A DNA stretch of 63,157 nucleotides, the filler included, from Octopus bimaculoides (taxonomy: Eukaryota): the NCBI RefSeq assembly GCF_001194135.2. It is 5 parts of 4 records of this genome, joined end to end, with 100 filler letters (N's around TTAATTAATTAA, not from the genome) between each part and the next. Parts side by side here need not be neighbours in the genome. Positions count along the whole stretch, not along the records: positions 14,073 to 40,160 come from NC_068986.1; 4 more parts are not named here. One strand, given 5' to 3'. Below are positions 24,475 to 38,529 of the stretch, in pieces. Position 1 is the stretch's first letter, and every line of letters begins with the position of its first letter. The position numbers were made by a program, and so were the translations under genes. The notes below the pieces were generated by a model. That model was not told the origin of the DNA and did no database searches. It was given only the letters and a program-made list of their open reading frames with translations.

Positions 24475-24480
24475 GCTACT
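24357..24480 (+). repeat. Compound trinucleotide array (CAG)n(CAA)n(CTA)n
   Basis: Directly visible. Confidence 0.95.
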
Positions 24481-24618
24481 AGAAATATTCATTCAGTCAA
24501 CAACACACGTTTCTTTAGATAGCATACATTTAGAGCTGGCCAAACCTCAGTATATATAGATTTCATATATATGAACTGGCTATTCTTTTTTGTTTCTATT
24601 TTCTCTTTCTCTCTCCCT

Positions 24619-24671
<53 letters not shown>

Positions 24672-25379
24672 TCTCTTTTCATACACGACATATTTTCTGT
24701 AACCTTCCCTATTTTGTGATTTACAGCTAACACTACATTTTATTGAAAAAGAATATTAGATTTCCCAATGTACCACTGGGGGAATGCAGTAATATATTTA
24801 GACGTCAAACAATAGCTTGGTTCATTTGTACATTTTTTAAATTGTTTGTTTTTATGTTTTAGTCGGAAGGGGAATACAGCGTCCATAACCCGCTTTTTCT
24901 TTCTTTCTGCTTTTGCTTTTGCTGGTGGGGAGCCTCTGAGGCTACTGAGAATAAAAGCATACTCGATGATACGTAGACAGCTGCAGCTGAAAAGCAACAT
25001 GTCAAGATATTGAGCTATCTTCATATCAAGAAACTTGTAAGGATGCCTGCAAGAAAGTACACTCAGCTTTATATCAAGCGCTGTCTATTCAAAATGATTC
25101 GGTATGCTTTTACTCAACCCAAGTTTATTCCCCTCACAAAACATGAACGGATCTGAGGCTGCAACAGAAGACCCTTTGGAAGGCGCCGGGCAGTGGAATC
25201 CAAACTCGGTATCACGTGATTATGAAGAATCTGTCTTAACCACACTTCAATGCCACCGCCCAGTACCGGGCCTTGTGAGAGTATTGAAATACATAACTCG
25301 CATTTATCAACTCTGTGAATCACAAAAGTATATGCAAGGTTTCAACCAGTGAAAGCAATTCTCCATATATAGCCAACAG

Positions 25380-26450
25380 GACAGAAATCAAAGAGTAGAA
25401 AGGAAACAAAATACATTTCAAACCAATATCAACGATAATGCTAACGGAGTGTGTACTACGTATCAGAGCAAATCTTGGAACAGATTGGGAAGGATAAAGA
25501 AGAAACTAGGTAAAGCAGATTCACGGTATGATAACGACAAATTCCAAGGAGTGTTTGCTGAGGTTACCTCTAAGAGGGGTATGTAGTAATTTTGAAAATA
25601 CTTGCTAAGTTACGGGATTCTCTTTGGCAAGGCATAGCACCCATTCAGCCACCCTGCCAGGGAGACGGCGAAGTCAAGGGACTGCAGTATAGCGGAATGT
25701 AAAGAGGGAGCGGAAGAGCTCTTCTGAGATAACAACGATTTTTACATTGATGATGAACAGAAGAATCCTGGAAGATCAACGGTCAGGATCACAAAGTTCT
25801 ATTAAGAGAATAACTACAATGTATCGAAAGGGGGAACGTTCATGATTGTGTAATCAGCTAATGAAAGATTCATTATGACTCAAGCTCCCATTGCAAATAA
25901 TAGAATTTGATGGCGACAGGGAGTCGCGAGAATCAGTGCAAGCAATGCGAGTGACTATAGAAGCAAATTAGCTCACAATTTTAGGAAGTTTTTAGACAAT
26001 ATAAAGCTTAGAGTTTATATAGAAAAGAAACCGGGAAGCCTTATTTGTATCACTAGTCAGTAGAACAAATCCATTAAAAAAAAAACACAACTATGTATTG
26101 ATGACAACTTCAGAGTCTGCAAAGCAAACCCACGAATACAAATGTATTAATATCGTGTGAGACGCATAGAAGGTCACTGTAAAAACACTATAACAACTTA
26201 TATAAAGAAATTTTTGCAGAGTATGGGTGAAAGAATAGAAGAACACGTATGTAAATACAACGAAAAGGAACCAACATCAGTACTCCTGCAATATGTCAAA
26301 AGCAAACATATTTGTTAGATTAACAACAGTGAATTAAAACAATCATTTCTGCATTTCTGCACGATACGATACTAAGACAAGTTACACAGTTAATACACAT
26401 ACTAGACGTGGTATCTGAACCCTGAAGGGGAAATATAACTAGAATAACAT
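25380..26450 (+). mobile_element. Very degenerate Penelope-like RT/GIY-YIG remnant
   Basis: Fragments QGIA..P..ATL, FYIDD and MGERIEEH...TSVLLQYV. The frame is heavily broken. Confidence 0.35.
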
Positions 26451-26963
26451 CCCTCATCACCACACCTCAACCGTAAGTTCCATCACTGACACAGCAGCCC
26501 AAACACAAACTGACTAACAAGAAAAATAACAATATTACATATTTAATATATAATCTACAATAATGTAAAATAAAGGATTAACCTATTATACATGCATGTG
26601 TATGTGCAAGCGTCCGAGCGAATGGAAATGTGTATGTATAAAAATTAACTTGGATAAATATTTGTGATGAGACATGCCAATGAGTGTTACCAACTCTCAT
26701 GAATGGATTATAAGACAAATGACAAGCTACAAACAAAACAAGATGAAGACAACAAAAAATACACACACACACGCGCTCAACTATGCATATATGCATACAC
26801 ACATAACCACTCCCCACCACACAAATATACATAAATATACCACACACACAAATATATATATATAACACAAACACACACATACACACACATACGCATGCGC
26901 AAATATGTGTAAGCGTGAAGTTCAAAGTTCAGAAGTTCAACACAAGTTCAACATACCAAACTC

Positions 26964-27004
<41 letters not shown>

Positions 27005-27717
27005 TGGTCACGATCGCATACATAAGCTGTCACAACATAAGTATCATCCTAATTAAAAGTAATGCATACGCACACGCTTGAACGCGCGCGCGCGCACACA
27101 CACACACAAACACACACAAACAAGTTAAACATAAGTAGCACGATGAAAATTGCTTCGCATTTTACTGCGTGACATACACGTATTCATGCCTACATGTATG
27201 TGCATACGTGTGTAATTATGCATAAAAATAAGTAGATAAATATAGGTCACACGACAAAGAGAATAGGACAAAGAGTATGTGAGTTATGGAGGTGTAAGAG
27301 GGCTCCTTTTTCAAAAATAAGGTCACAAGGTGTGAGCAGAGCACTTTAGTAAGCCACTTAATCAATTAGGTACGTAACTAATGAATTAATTATCTAATTT
27401 ATAAGCCATAGGCTGAAGTGTGAAGAAGATGTTTTTGGTTATTTTGAATCTGTATGCGTGTGTATATGTGTGTATGTATATATGAGTATGCATGTGTGTG
27501 GTGAATTTTTGGGGGCTTGGTTAGAGAGATGAAAAAGGAAAAAGGGGAAAAAAAAAGGGAAGAAAGAATTTTAAAAACTAAAGAAATGGGTCTTTTTCTA
27601 AGATGGTTGAAACTGATGACAGTTCAAAAAGTCAATTTTCTTTTAGTCATTGTAATACTAAGAGCATCCTCTTCCCAATTCAACTCCAGATTTTTTCAAC
27701 TAACTCATATACATACA

Positions 27718-27753
<36 letters not shown>

Positions 27754-27942
27754 TATATNNNNNNNNNNNNNNNNNNNNNNNNNNNNNNNNNNNNNNNNNN
27801 NNNNNNNNNNNNNNNNNNNNNNNNNNNNNNNNNNNNNNNNNNNNNNNNNNNNNNNNNNNNNNNNNNNNNNNNNNNNNNNNNNNNNNNNNNNNNNNNNNNN
27901 NNNNNNNNNNNNNNNNNNNNNNNNNNNNNNNNNNNNNNNNNN

Positions 27943-28004
<62 letters not shown>

Positions 28005-30814
28005 GTTTGTACACAAACACACATTCCACAAGAGGATCATTAAAGACATTTAATTCATTCCAGATGTAATTGTTAAAAATAAAAAAATCCTATTTTAAAA
28101 GTATTGGCTTCATAATTTAACTAAATGATTTTAACGATTAAACGGAAAACCTTATCTAGGTTTATCTGTGTGCATATATTCATATGTATTGAAAGACAAG
28201 CAGATAAAATAGTTGTTATATTCGTAAGAATGTATCTCTTTGTACCTGTATATACGTGTGTTATTATATAGAGAAAGACAAAAAGGGGGAGAGGAGAGAA
28301 CGCGTGAACTAAATTGATTCTTTAGAGACAATACATGAGAAGATGGCAACAGAAGATGGAAATCTACTCTATGACACTAGATGATGTTAAAAATTTAAAA
28401 GTATTTTGATCTATTAAATGTTCCTTTTATTTTAATTTTCTTTTACTTAATTCTTTCTTGCTTATATACTTGTAGCGAATAGCTACTAAATTTCTAAGCC
28501 AGGGTTCGAAACTGAATCTATATTTTCCTACAAGTTCTCTGCCTATTGTTCTTGCCTGTTACACTTGGAAATTTATGAGAGTAAACTGACCTCTTAGCCT
28601 TTTTCGAGTCATACATGGATCAAAGCTGATAGGGAAGAAAGGTCCTTTATTTAGCCTTAGTTTGGTTACTCTCTGGTCACTTGGTACCTACTCAGGGAGA
28701 ACACCTAGTTTTCTCCTTTTGCTTATAGCTTTCCAACACATTTCTTACATTTTCCACTTGACTAAACCCTATTATCCTTTCTCTCTCTAGTAGTCACCCA
28801 AAGATGAAGTTAACTATCTACACGATGGACTATAAATAATCTTTGTACATTTACAAGTATAATAAGTGGTCTTCTACATTGTAATGATGACTATATTAAA
28901 TAAAGGGCCATTTCAACTAACAATTAATATCTTATTCTCTCATTTATTCGGTGCATTTATCTGCAACACATGATGTTATAATTGCTTTCCTCCAATGTTT
29001 ATAAATTGTTAAAATTGGATCTTACACTTAACCGTTACAAATTGGTAACTCCAACATTCATTGATCGTTATACATAACCGTTACATACCAATACTTCAAT
29101 GAAGCAAGGTATTTATTAGTTACAGGCATAAAAGCAACGGCGCATGCCCTTGTATGTGTGTGTGTGTGTGTGCGTGCGCGCGCGTGCATCTTCCAGCGTT
29201 AGGGTACATATTACTGTTTCCATACACTTGTGATGTAAAGATGAAGAGTTTTCGTGTTTAAGCAATTATTGTCCTTCGATATCTTTGGTGGAATGCTGCC
29301 CACCTCAAGTCATTTCAAGCGTTAAGTAATAACTTCGATCAAAATCCAGTGGCTTGTCAAGATGATTGATGACAACTATTTCCCAAAATAGAAACCATTG
29401 CTGTTATTTTCTCAACACAATGGTCCTCGAGTACTCGATCAAATGTACAGTTTCCAGCTCTTGCATAAAAATCTATAAGAATGCTTTTGTTGTGATTTTG
29501 TATCTGATTGAAGCAAGTTTTATCCCTGAATATTAGATGACAGAATTGATGCATTGACATATAGCAAGCAGCATAACGTCTCGTAGAAAGAAAATATGAA
29601 TTGATATTAGTTAAGGCTGGTGTCTTTGTCAGTTAGGAAACAGGCTATTCTTCACAGCAAAGCTGATACCATGCTTGTGATGTCTACTCTCGAGATGACT
29701 TCCTGAAAAATTAGCGTAACTCACCAATCTTCCCTCAGTAGCCCGAGCTCACTGGGTGCAGCGGTAACTATACTGTAGCATCTCAGCTGATTGAGTTGTA
29801 GAGTCGTTCCTCGCTGGGGCCCGTTTGTCAAATTGTCGATATCAAGCTGAGCCTGTATACCACAAGCTAGGAACCTAAGTAGTGTGTGACATTCCTTTAT
29901 TTGTGACTGTTTTATGAAATGTCTTGGCAGGTACGGTTTCCTGTCCTGCAAAGCAGCTTAGTGGATAATTTATAGGGCATCTTCTCTAGGGCCTGCCCGG
30001 TTGGGGTGAGCAGCATTTATCTAAATAGGGTTGTTCATTTGCACAGAGGTCTGTCGGAAGAAGCCCCCACTCAGTACCAGCTATCAGAAACTGCTGCTCT
30101 GAGCTGTTCAAGTGTAGAGTTCTAATCAAAAGCCGACAACACATTCAAACCTGCTCCTAACGTTAGCTTTTCTATCGCCGTCAAACACTAGGGATTGAAA
30201 AGATATCCGTGCATACAAGCTTTATAGTGAGGTTAGGGGTGTTCATTTCTCATTGTAACTATGTGAAGGTGATCAGCCCAGTGGCAAAAGAGACTTTAAA
30301 ATGACTTGTATTTTCTCTCAGCTGCGGGAGGCTGTGTAAGAAATCCACTCTGTCGGAAACTGCCTCAAAACTGACCTTCACAGTTTACTTTCCAGTTAAG
30401 GTGTACTTCCTAAGACTTTGCCTTGTTGGACTCACTTACAAAGCAATACGGCAGTGGCTGATGATAACTATGGCGTATCGAGTAGAAGGGATGCTTACAC
30501 TACTTCTGAAGACCACTGTTTTCCGAAATTACTCTATTAAATCTGCATGGGGCTGGAGGTTTGGAAGGATACTTCTCAAAAAAGTGTGTGTGCTGACATA
30601 AAAGACATATGGTTGTTTACCGGTTCAATACATCGAACAGCTCGTGGAAGCGAGCTGTACCTAAAAGATTTTTACAAACAGATGAAATGTAGCAACACAT
30701 CTACATCACCAACTCTGCACTTTTCACTCGATGACTTTCTCACAGGTAATGACTGCCCTTTATTTTATACAAATGTAATACAATTTTACCAAATAAACTG
30801 TACTTCATATTCGA

Positions 30815-30895
30815 GGCTCTGATGAAGCAATAGGGTTTTATTCAGGCACTCAACTGCGAGTCCACTGCGTCTTATAGCAGAAACAGCTGTGAGCT
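30815..30895 (+). ncRNA. Degenerate type I hammerhead-ribozyme-like motif
   Basis: GGCT-CTGATGA-AGCAATAG...TTATAGCA-GAAA-CAGCTG-TG-AGCT: core boxes, partial stem II, palindromic minimal stem III and a 4-bp stem I. The cleavage triplet reads GUG. Confidence 0.5.
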
Positions 30896-31421
30896 AATGA
30901 AGTTCATAACATAAGCATAGTTTATCCTGTGTAATCTCTTTTTCTGAACAATCTCGAGTATAACCAGCCGAAATTGCAAAGATAATCTGGAACTCGACTG
31001 AGGAAAGAAAACTCCGAATGACCCGTCTTTGTTTTCTTTGTATCGTCTATCTGGATGTTTTGTTGTCCCTTTTTTGTGTCACCTGTCTGGATGTTTGCGT
31101 CCTTGTCCCATCTTGTATTATATATATATATATATATATNNNNNNNNNNNNNNNNNNNNNNNNNNNNNNNNNNNNNNNNNNNNNNNNNNNNNNNNNNNNN
31201 NNNNNNNNNNNNNNNNATAGGTTGGTCACGTGTTTACCGTACGTACGTGAAACTCCGAGTAACTATAGAATGAATCAGCTACTGATTCTTCAAACACTAT
31301 GCCATGTATTTGGTGATAATTTATTTCGTTTATAAACAGGATACACACACACACGCACGCACACACACACACACATATATCCATACATACACACACGCAC
31401 ACGTACGGACACACTTAAACA

Positions 31422-31461
<40 letters not shown>

Positions 31462-32101
31462 ATCCATCCATCCATCCATCCATCCATCCATCTATCTATC
31501 TATCTATCTATCTATCTCCATACATGCGTGCACATACGCATGCGTGTAAAGATGCTTGTGTGTATGTGCGTGTACGTGTGTGCGTGCGCGCTCGCTCGCA
31601 GCAGAACTATAGAGACATCAATTACAGCTGCAGGCATCTGAAGAAGTATGGCTGAGCTAGGCTCTAAGCCGTGGTGGTGGTCTTGAAGTCGTGGTTTTCG
31701 TGGGGTTTGTGGTGTGGGTGCTGGCCGTGAAGGTGCTGCATTGGTTATGGTGTTGGTGTTGTTATTACTGTTGATGGTGCTAGAGTTGGTGGTGGATGTG
31801 GTAATAGTAACGTTGATGGTATTTAAAGTGTTGGAAGCGGGTTGAGATGAATAGCGTTGCAGGATAAACAAATACCTAACTATTCTCTTTTCTATTTCTC
31901 TGCCACCCCATCTATCCCGACTTAACACACACAACTATCCTTGAATAGGGAGATATCTCAGACTCTGTGTGTGTGTGTGTGTGTGTGTTAGTGTGCGCGC
32001 GTGTGTGTATTAAGCTTATTGACTCAATGGAAGTAGCTATATATAGATTCTCACACAAACGCGCACACACAAACATGCGCTCATAGACATACAAACATAT
32101 A

Positions 32102-32148
<47 letters not shown>

Positions 32149-32575
32149 GTGTGTATGATGCAGCTTTCTGGTGAGTCAATAGGATTAACAAGATAAAATA
32201 TACAATGAGCGTTTCTTCAAGTTTTAACTGTTTCAGCTACTTATTAAAATAACTTTTCACACACACACACATAGTTTAAGACAGACAGACAGTTATGCCA
32301 TTATTTGGGACTGATCTACCTCTCTATCTTCCTATCTATCTATGTATCTACATGTTTTACCACAGACATGAATAGTGTACTATAATTGTTATGTCTCTAA
32401 ATCAAATCACAATGCAGCAAATATATTCTTTTAAAACATCCCTAAGATTATAGAAGTATCCCCTTTAACACAATAGCTAAAAATTTTTTAAAAAAACAAC
32501 GATTTGATTGTTCAACAAGATTCCTCATATTTTCATAGGTTTTTACATTTTAATAATGAGGAGGCGGCCCGCTGG

Positions 32576-32790
32576 CAGAAGCGATTGCACGCCGGACAAA
32601 CTGCTTAGTGGCATTTCGTCCGTCTTTACGTTCTGACTTCAAATTTCGCCGAGGTAGAAGTTAGGTTCTGTGTTCAAATTCCGCCGAGGTAGAAGTTAGG
32701 TTCTGTGTTCAAATTCCGCCGAGGTCGACTTTGCTTTCATCCTTTTCGGGATCGATAAAATAAGTATCAGTCAAGCATTGGGGTCGATGT
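32576..32790 (+). mobile_element. SINE with an internal ~36 bp tandem duplication
   Basis: TTCAAATT(T/C)CGCCGAGGTAGAAGTTAGGTTCTGTG occurs twice, then a third TTCAAATTCCGCCGAGGT. Confidence 0.8.
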
Positions 32791-32851
32791 AATCCATGAT
32801 TTACCCACTACTCCAAAATTTCAAACCCTGTACCAATAGTAGAAGGGAGAG

Positions 32852-32957
32852 TTAAGAAATTTTACACTTCTATCACTCTCCCTCTTGAAACAAGGATTTG
32901 AAATGCCGAAGGCCTTGCTTAGAAGAGGGTGGGTGGTAGAAGTGTAAAACATCTTAA
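32852..32957. repeat. 106-nt hairpin bounded by TTAA
   Basis: 35-bp arms (32852-32886, 32923-32957): 30 Watson-Crick pairs, 2 G-U, 3 mismatches, plus an inner CAAGG/CCTTG stem. Confidence 0.85.
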
Positions 32958-32999
32958 TCAAGGACTTGGACATTGACATTGTCACATACATATGGAAAA

Positions 33000-34300
33000 T
33001 GATTTTAAATTACTAATCCTTTATGGGTGAAAAAGTTACCATAATCTGATGTGAATATGGGTTCAACAGACTCGGTAGAAATAAGCGAGTTCGTCAGCCA
33101 TTTCTTATTTTTAAATTCGTGCACTTAGTAAGAGGTATGTTTTGACTTTGTAAACTACTGCTGTTAAATAAAAAGTGTCGCCAATCCTATACTTATTATT
33201 CAATGATTTCGGATCTTCTATTATTAATGAAACCAGTTTTCACAAAGTTGACTGCCTAGATGTAACACTCGATCTTTCTAAATCATTCTACTAATCAGAC
33301 AAGTTGTTAAAATACATACATTTTTTTCTAATCTCCCAAAAGTATAATTAATAATTTTAAGAACATTTCACTCAAAATCGCAAACCTCTCCGCTACCACG
33401 CAAATCTTTAATGAAGCAGTATCTTATTATAATGACGCCTTTGTTAGGAACGGCTGTAGAAAGATTCGAACCTACATACAACTTACTTAGAACCTACATA
33501 CAACCTACACAGAACCTACTTAGAACCTACATACAACCTACACAACAAGCAATTACAAGTAATATTAACAGTAGAAATAAAACAAAAGCAGAACAAGACA
33601 CAGCATGTGATGTTTTTGTTCTGATATATTTCAGAATTTAACAAAGCTGTAGATAACTATAGCTATACCTCTCTTACACTTCCTTTGAAAACATTTCCAC
33701 TATGCTACAGAATTTTTAATAAAAATGCAATAAAATGATCTTACTCCACTACATTTAATTCTGCACAAAAACTGGCGTCCTCTAACCAACGAAAAAAATT
33801 AAAGATAAACGTAACTGCACCAATTATTGTAATATATACAATGATACTAATTGTAACTGCATTAATTTGTGTAATTGCTATTGAGATCATAAATGCTTAG
33901 ATAATGATATAATCTACCAATATAAAGTTACCAATAATAATTCAATCCACATATACGAATAGGTTCCACTTCTACACCTTTTAAACTAAACCACAGCTAC
34001 CACACTCACAAGTTTAGAAACTCGAATAGAAAAAGAAAAAATGAAATGTCACGCACGAAATTTATTTGGTGAATGTTAAAAATACTAACTACACACTCAA
34101 ATGGATAATAAGGGCTCCTTAAGCAGACCTATCAATTTATGTTCGTGAGAAAGCTTAGCCATTATATTTGCTTAGGGCAATCCACTGAATAGACATAAAG
34201 AGATGATTTTCTCGTATAAACACAGAGCCTCCAAAACCTTATATCTGCGGCAAAACCAGATCTTTATCTGAAGATAACATGAAATTCAACCTATAGCTTT
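33000..34300 (+). mobile_element. Degenerate Penelope-like element (RT to GIY-YIG)
   Basis: MG...SVEISEF, VDCLDVTLDLS, SNLPKSII, IFNEAVSYYNDAF, FNKNAIK*SYS and a CNC-like segment. Internal ACCTACATACAAC tandem at ~33470-33545. Confidence 0.65.
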
Positions 34301-34801
34301 TTCTCGGGTTAATACAGTTTTCACCGGAATTTTTTATTAATCTACTGGATCTTTACTTACGGCGACTGAGTTTTTTTTATTATTTAGTAACTTAACATCT
34401 TAATATTTTTTTTATATAATAATATTTCCTATTCGTACTTTAATTGATTTAACACATCAATCTTATTATATTTTGACTTTCTATTTAGTTGCTTTTTGAT
34501 TTTGTATTGGTAATTTTATTTACTTTTCAACAATCAATACATAAACATTTTCAACACCCTACTCTCTTTAATTATTTTTACTTCATTATTTATTTTCCCC
34601 CAGAAAATTTACTCAATGTTAATTTGCATTAATGTATATTAACAATAATTTTATCTATCCCGAGCTACATTGCCCAATATAATATATGTACCTAGCGGTC
34701 TCTTTTACTTAACTTTCCATTTGTTTCAATTTCTACTCAAACTCCTTGCACCTTCCTACCATTTTGCAGACGCCTAGTCAATTATATTTCATTATAATCT
34801 T

Positions 34802-34960
34802 CTTCCTCCCCTTGTTCCTCTTCCTCCCCTTGTTCCTCTTCCTCCCCTTGTTCCTCTTCCTCCCTTTGTTCCTCTTGTTCCTCTTCCTCCCCTTGTTCCT
34901 CGTGTTCCTTGTCCGCCTCTTGTTCCTCTTCCTCCCCTTGTTCCTCTTCCTCCTCCTTCC
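34802..34960. repeat. 18-bp minisatellite (TTCCTCCCCTTGTTCCTC)n
   Basis: About six full units plus half units. Confidence 0.95.
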
Positions 34961-35244
34961 CTCCTCTGCCTCTTTTCTTTTCTTCTTCATCATCATTACT
35001 ACTACTTTGATTATTATTAAATGGCATGTCCAGAAGTGTTACATTTGGAATCAATGTCCTTGATAACGAGTTAATCAGTTTCCTTACATATCGAAGCCCT
35101 TTCGTACAATCCTTGCTGTTCGTCCTTGCTGTTGCTAATAGAGATTTCTGTATGATGCTACTCTCGTACTTACACCGATTTCATTGAGAAAACTACCAAA
35201 TCTGCTGGTAACGGTACTTAGTACGTCTATAACTACTGGGACTT

Positions 35245-36575
35245 ATCATCATCATCATCATCATCATTATTTATTGTCTTTGCACAGCTTCTAACGCTGG
35301 AGATGTATTACGGTGCCAGTTGTTCACTCTTATTTTTCGAGCACCGTCCGGAGTATTCGAGCGGTTCCAAGCAGTATTGTTTTCTGCAAGTGATCCACCC
35401 TTATTGCAACCCCTATTTGTTCCATGTATTGGGTTGTCCGGAAAGTTCGTGCCGATTTATAGTAGCTTACCATTCGACTTATTTTAGAACATGGTTAAGT
35501 CCATAAAATAGGATTTGACTACACCTCCATTTAGAGCACAGTTTAAGCTATCTTTTAGTGGAAGAAGGTTTATGTTCCTATAACCTGTGTTAATTCTGTA
35601 ACACTTTAAAATGGAAGATAAGAAAGTTGAGTACACAAATTGCTACGATGTTTGGGTACCACATGAGAAATGGATTATCTAGCGAAATGTTCAGAGAAAG
35701 CGATCCTGGAGTAAGCGACATGAGCCACCCTTAGCCATCCCTAAAAAAAGTCTTGCTTTGTATCTGGTGGGATTAGAAAGGAATTCTATACTATGAGCTT
35801 CTCCCAAGTAACTAGACAATTAATTCTGAGAAATACTGCACACAACTGGACGAGTTAAAAGCAGCAATTCAAGAGAAACGTCCAGAATTGGCTTACAGGA
35901 AGGGTGTTGTTTTCCAACATGATAATGCAAGACCGCACGTTTTTTTGGGAACCAGACAAAAATTGCTGCAGCTCGGCTGGGATGTGTTATCCCACCCTCC
36001 ATATTCACCAGATATTGCTCCTTCGGATTTCCACTTATTCAGGTCTCTGCAGAATAGTCTTAATGGTAAAATTTTCAATTCCTAGGATGACATAAAAAGA
36101 TACCTTGATGAATTCTTTGCCATGAAAACACCTCAATTCTGGGAAGAGGGTATTTTCAAGTTAAAGGAAAGATGGAGACGCATTGTGCAGCAAAATTGTT
36201 CATATTTGGTTGATTAAAAGTGTAATGGCAAGTATTAATTGACCTTTTTCTTTCCTTTAAAAATCGGCACGAACTTTCCGGACAACCCAATACTTCTCAA
36301 AATTTTTATTCACTGTTCCCGACAATTATTGGTACTACTAGCACCTTTTTCATCGTCCACAACTGCTTAACCTCCCAAGCTCTCAATTAACACTATGTCT
36401 GGCTTCTTATTCTCTATCTCATGGTCGCACTGAATCATAAAATCCCGTAGGATCTTTGCATTAATATTTTCGATGATACCTTCAGGTTTGTACCACTTTT
36501 TTGCTCTGTCAAATCCATACTTGCTGCAAAGTGTCCACTGGACAATCCTTGCTATATTGTCATGACGTCTCTTTC
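35245..36575 (-). mobile_element. 3' end of an R4/NeSL-like non-LTR retrotransposon (restriction-like endonuclease), split by a mariner
   Basis: RHDNIARIVQWTLCSKYG...KILRDFMIQCDHEIENKKPDIVLI...VVPIIVG...LQKTILLGTARILRTVL, then a (GAT)n tail at ~35245-35268. Confidence 0.8.
35429..36290 (+). mobile_element. Internally deleted mariner transposon
   Basis: Perfect 30-bp TIRs TTGGGTTGTCCGGAAAGTTCGTGCCGATTT and TA TSD (35427-28, 36291-92). HDNARPH and HPPYSPDIAPSDFHLFRSLQNSL motifs. Only 862 bp long. Confidence 0.95.
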
Positions 36576-36639
36576 TGACTGGCTAGTGGCGTACATTGAC
36601 TGGTAATATGCCACACGGTTTCACCATTTTGTGAGCGTG

Positions 36640-36830
36640 CGTATAATGAATACAGTTTATGGACGAGTTGTGAAGAAGTACACTTCACAATCATGAGGTT
36701 TCGTGTTCAATCCTACTGAATGGCATCGTGAGCAAATGTCTTTTACTATAGGCTCAGATCGACCCGAGCCTTGTGAATTAAACTGGATAGACAAACTGCG
36801 TGGAAATCCGTCGGAAAGAATGTACCCGTA
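36640..36830 (-). mobile_element. tRNA-derived SINE, inverted copy region (family also at 49225-49355 minus, 58480-58620 and 60356-60500 plus)
   Basis: GGTT..GGGTTCAGTCCCACTGCGTGGCAC.TTGGGCAAGTGTCTTCTACTATAGCCTC-like body. Orientation of this copy was judged by eye. Confidence 0.6.
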
Positions 36831-37359
36831 ATCCAAAAGCTGTAGCTTTGTCAATCATTGTGCCACGCTGATTCAGCTTCCTTATGTGCAGAAGTATCTT
36901 TGGAATACTCAGCCACTTAAATTACAATTCAATGAGTAGGTACTTCAGTTGGTCAAGCAACTGGAATTATTCCTCGTCGCAACCGACAAAGGATTAATGT
37001 GTTTTAGATAACTATTTTGCGTGGAGATTTGTACAGATGTGTCTTCAGGTACGTTTTAGACGTTATTACTGTTGACCTGTGATCAATGTTTTGCTTTAGT
37101 TTTTCACATGCAGTACATCTACCACTGTATTATTCGATAAATCCTTCCTTTTCTAAGGGGATAGAGTATTATTTGAGAGAGATGGTATTCTATTTCTCGC
37201 GGGGTCATCGACAAACTAGAAGCTCTCGCGTTGACTCGTGGCAGGAAAGTAATCAACACTACACGTAGATGGATTTTTGCTTGCAGGAATAAGCTATGGT
37301 TGAAAATAAATGAGTTTGAGACTGTGGGTGGCCATGCTTGCTCAAGTGTGTGTGTGTGT

Positions 37360-37416
<57 letters not shown>

Positions 37417-37767
37417 TGGAAACACGTGCCCATGAATATGCGGATTCGTTTGCGGGTGTGTTGAAGTATATCATTATGTATACATATATGCACAAGCACG
37501 TACACATTGTATTATGTATGTATAATTGTACGTACGTAAAACTTTAATTATACAGAAAGCGTTCAACGATTCTACAAAGATTTCGAAACATGTAAATGCA
37601 CGCGCGCGCGCGTGTATAGGCATTCTACTGTAACGAACGCGATTTGCGGCTTACGCAATGTATAAGTGCACGTGTGTAACTGTACGTACATACATACATA
37701 CATACATACATATACATGCACCCGCATACACAAGCGCACACATATACACAGAAAGAAAGAGACAGAA

Positions 37768-37852
<85 letters not shown>

Positions 37853-38265
37853 GAAATACATACATGCATGTGTAAAGAATTACTTACTCAAACAGATACA
37901 TACATATACATATGCACAAGTGCAATCATATATATATTTATGCATGCACAGCTCTATGGAAATATGTTTGTGTGTTCTTCATTTGTAAAGAAAACATCAG
38001 GAAATTAATTGAATGCCTACAGTTTGTATACACACATTTACACACGCTAAAACATGCATACATACGAATGCTAAAGCACATGCACACACTCATACACACA
38101 ATGAATCATGAACAGCTACAAACATAAGCTTTCAAGCATATTTTCGCAGATAAAGACTGCTTACTCACAGATATACTCGTTGAAAGAATAAAAGACTACC
38201 AAGCGTTTACTTAAAACACACACATACTTATAATCCTTTCATTCTTTCTGCACCCATGCACATGT

Positions 38266-38320
<55 letters not shown>

Positions 38321-38529
38321 AACACATTCCCACGCCGTCTACGCACACATGCCAACACACACACACGCCATCCATTCACACACCCTTCAGTTTGTCTCTG
38401 ACTCACTACTGACCATTCCATCTATGCACACATGCAAACATACACGGCCACCCCCATCCATTCACACACCTATCACTATAGGTGCTGACCTCTCAAAGTG
38501 ACATTAACATGCATGTACATAGATCCTAC

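Noticed and set aside
29357-29560. Thioredoxin-like exon (ILIDFYA...C)
   Set aside because: No CxxC motif. IDFYARAG fits a decayed LINE endonuclease GDFNARVG motif at least as well, and both readings are too weak to call.
34778-35063. Glu-rich or Arg/Lys-rich protein ORFs
   Set aside because: Products of an 18-bp minisatellite, open in several frames, with no splice or homology support.
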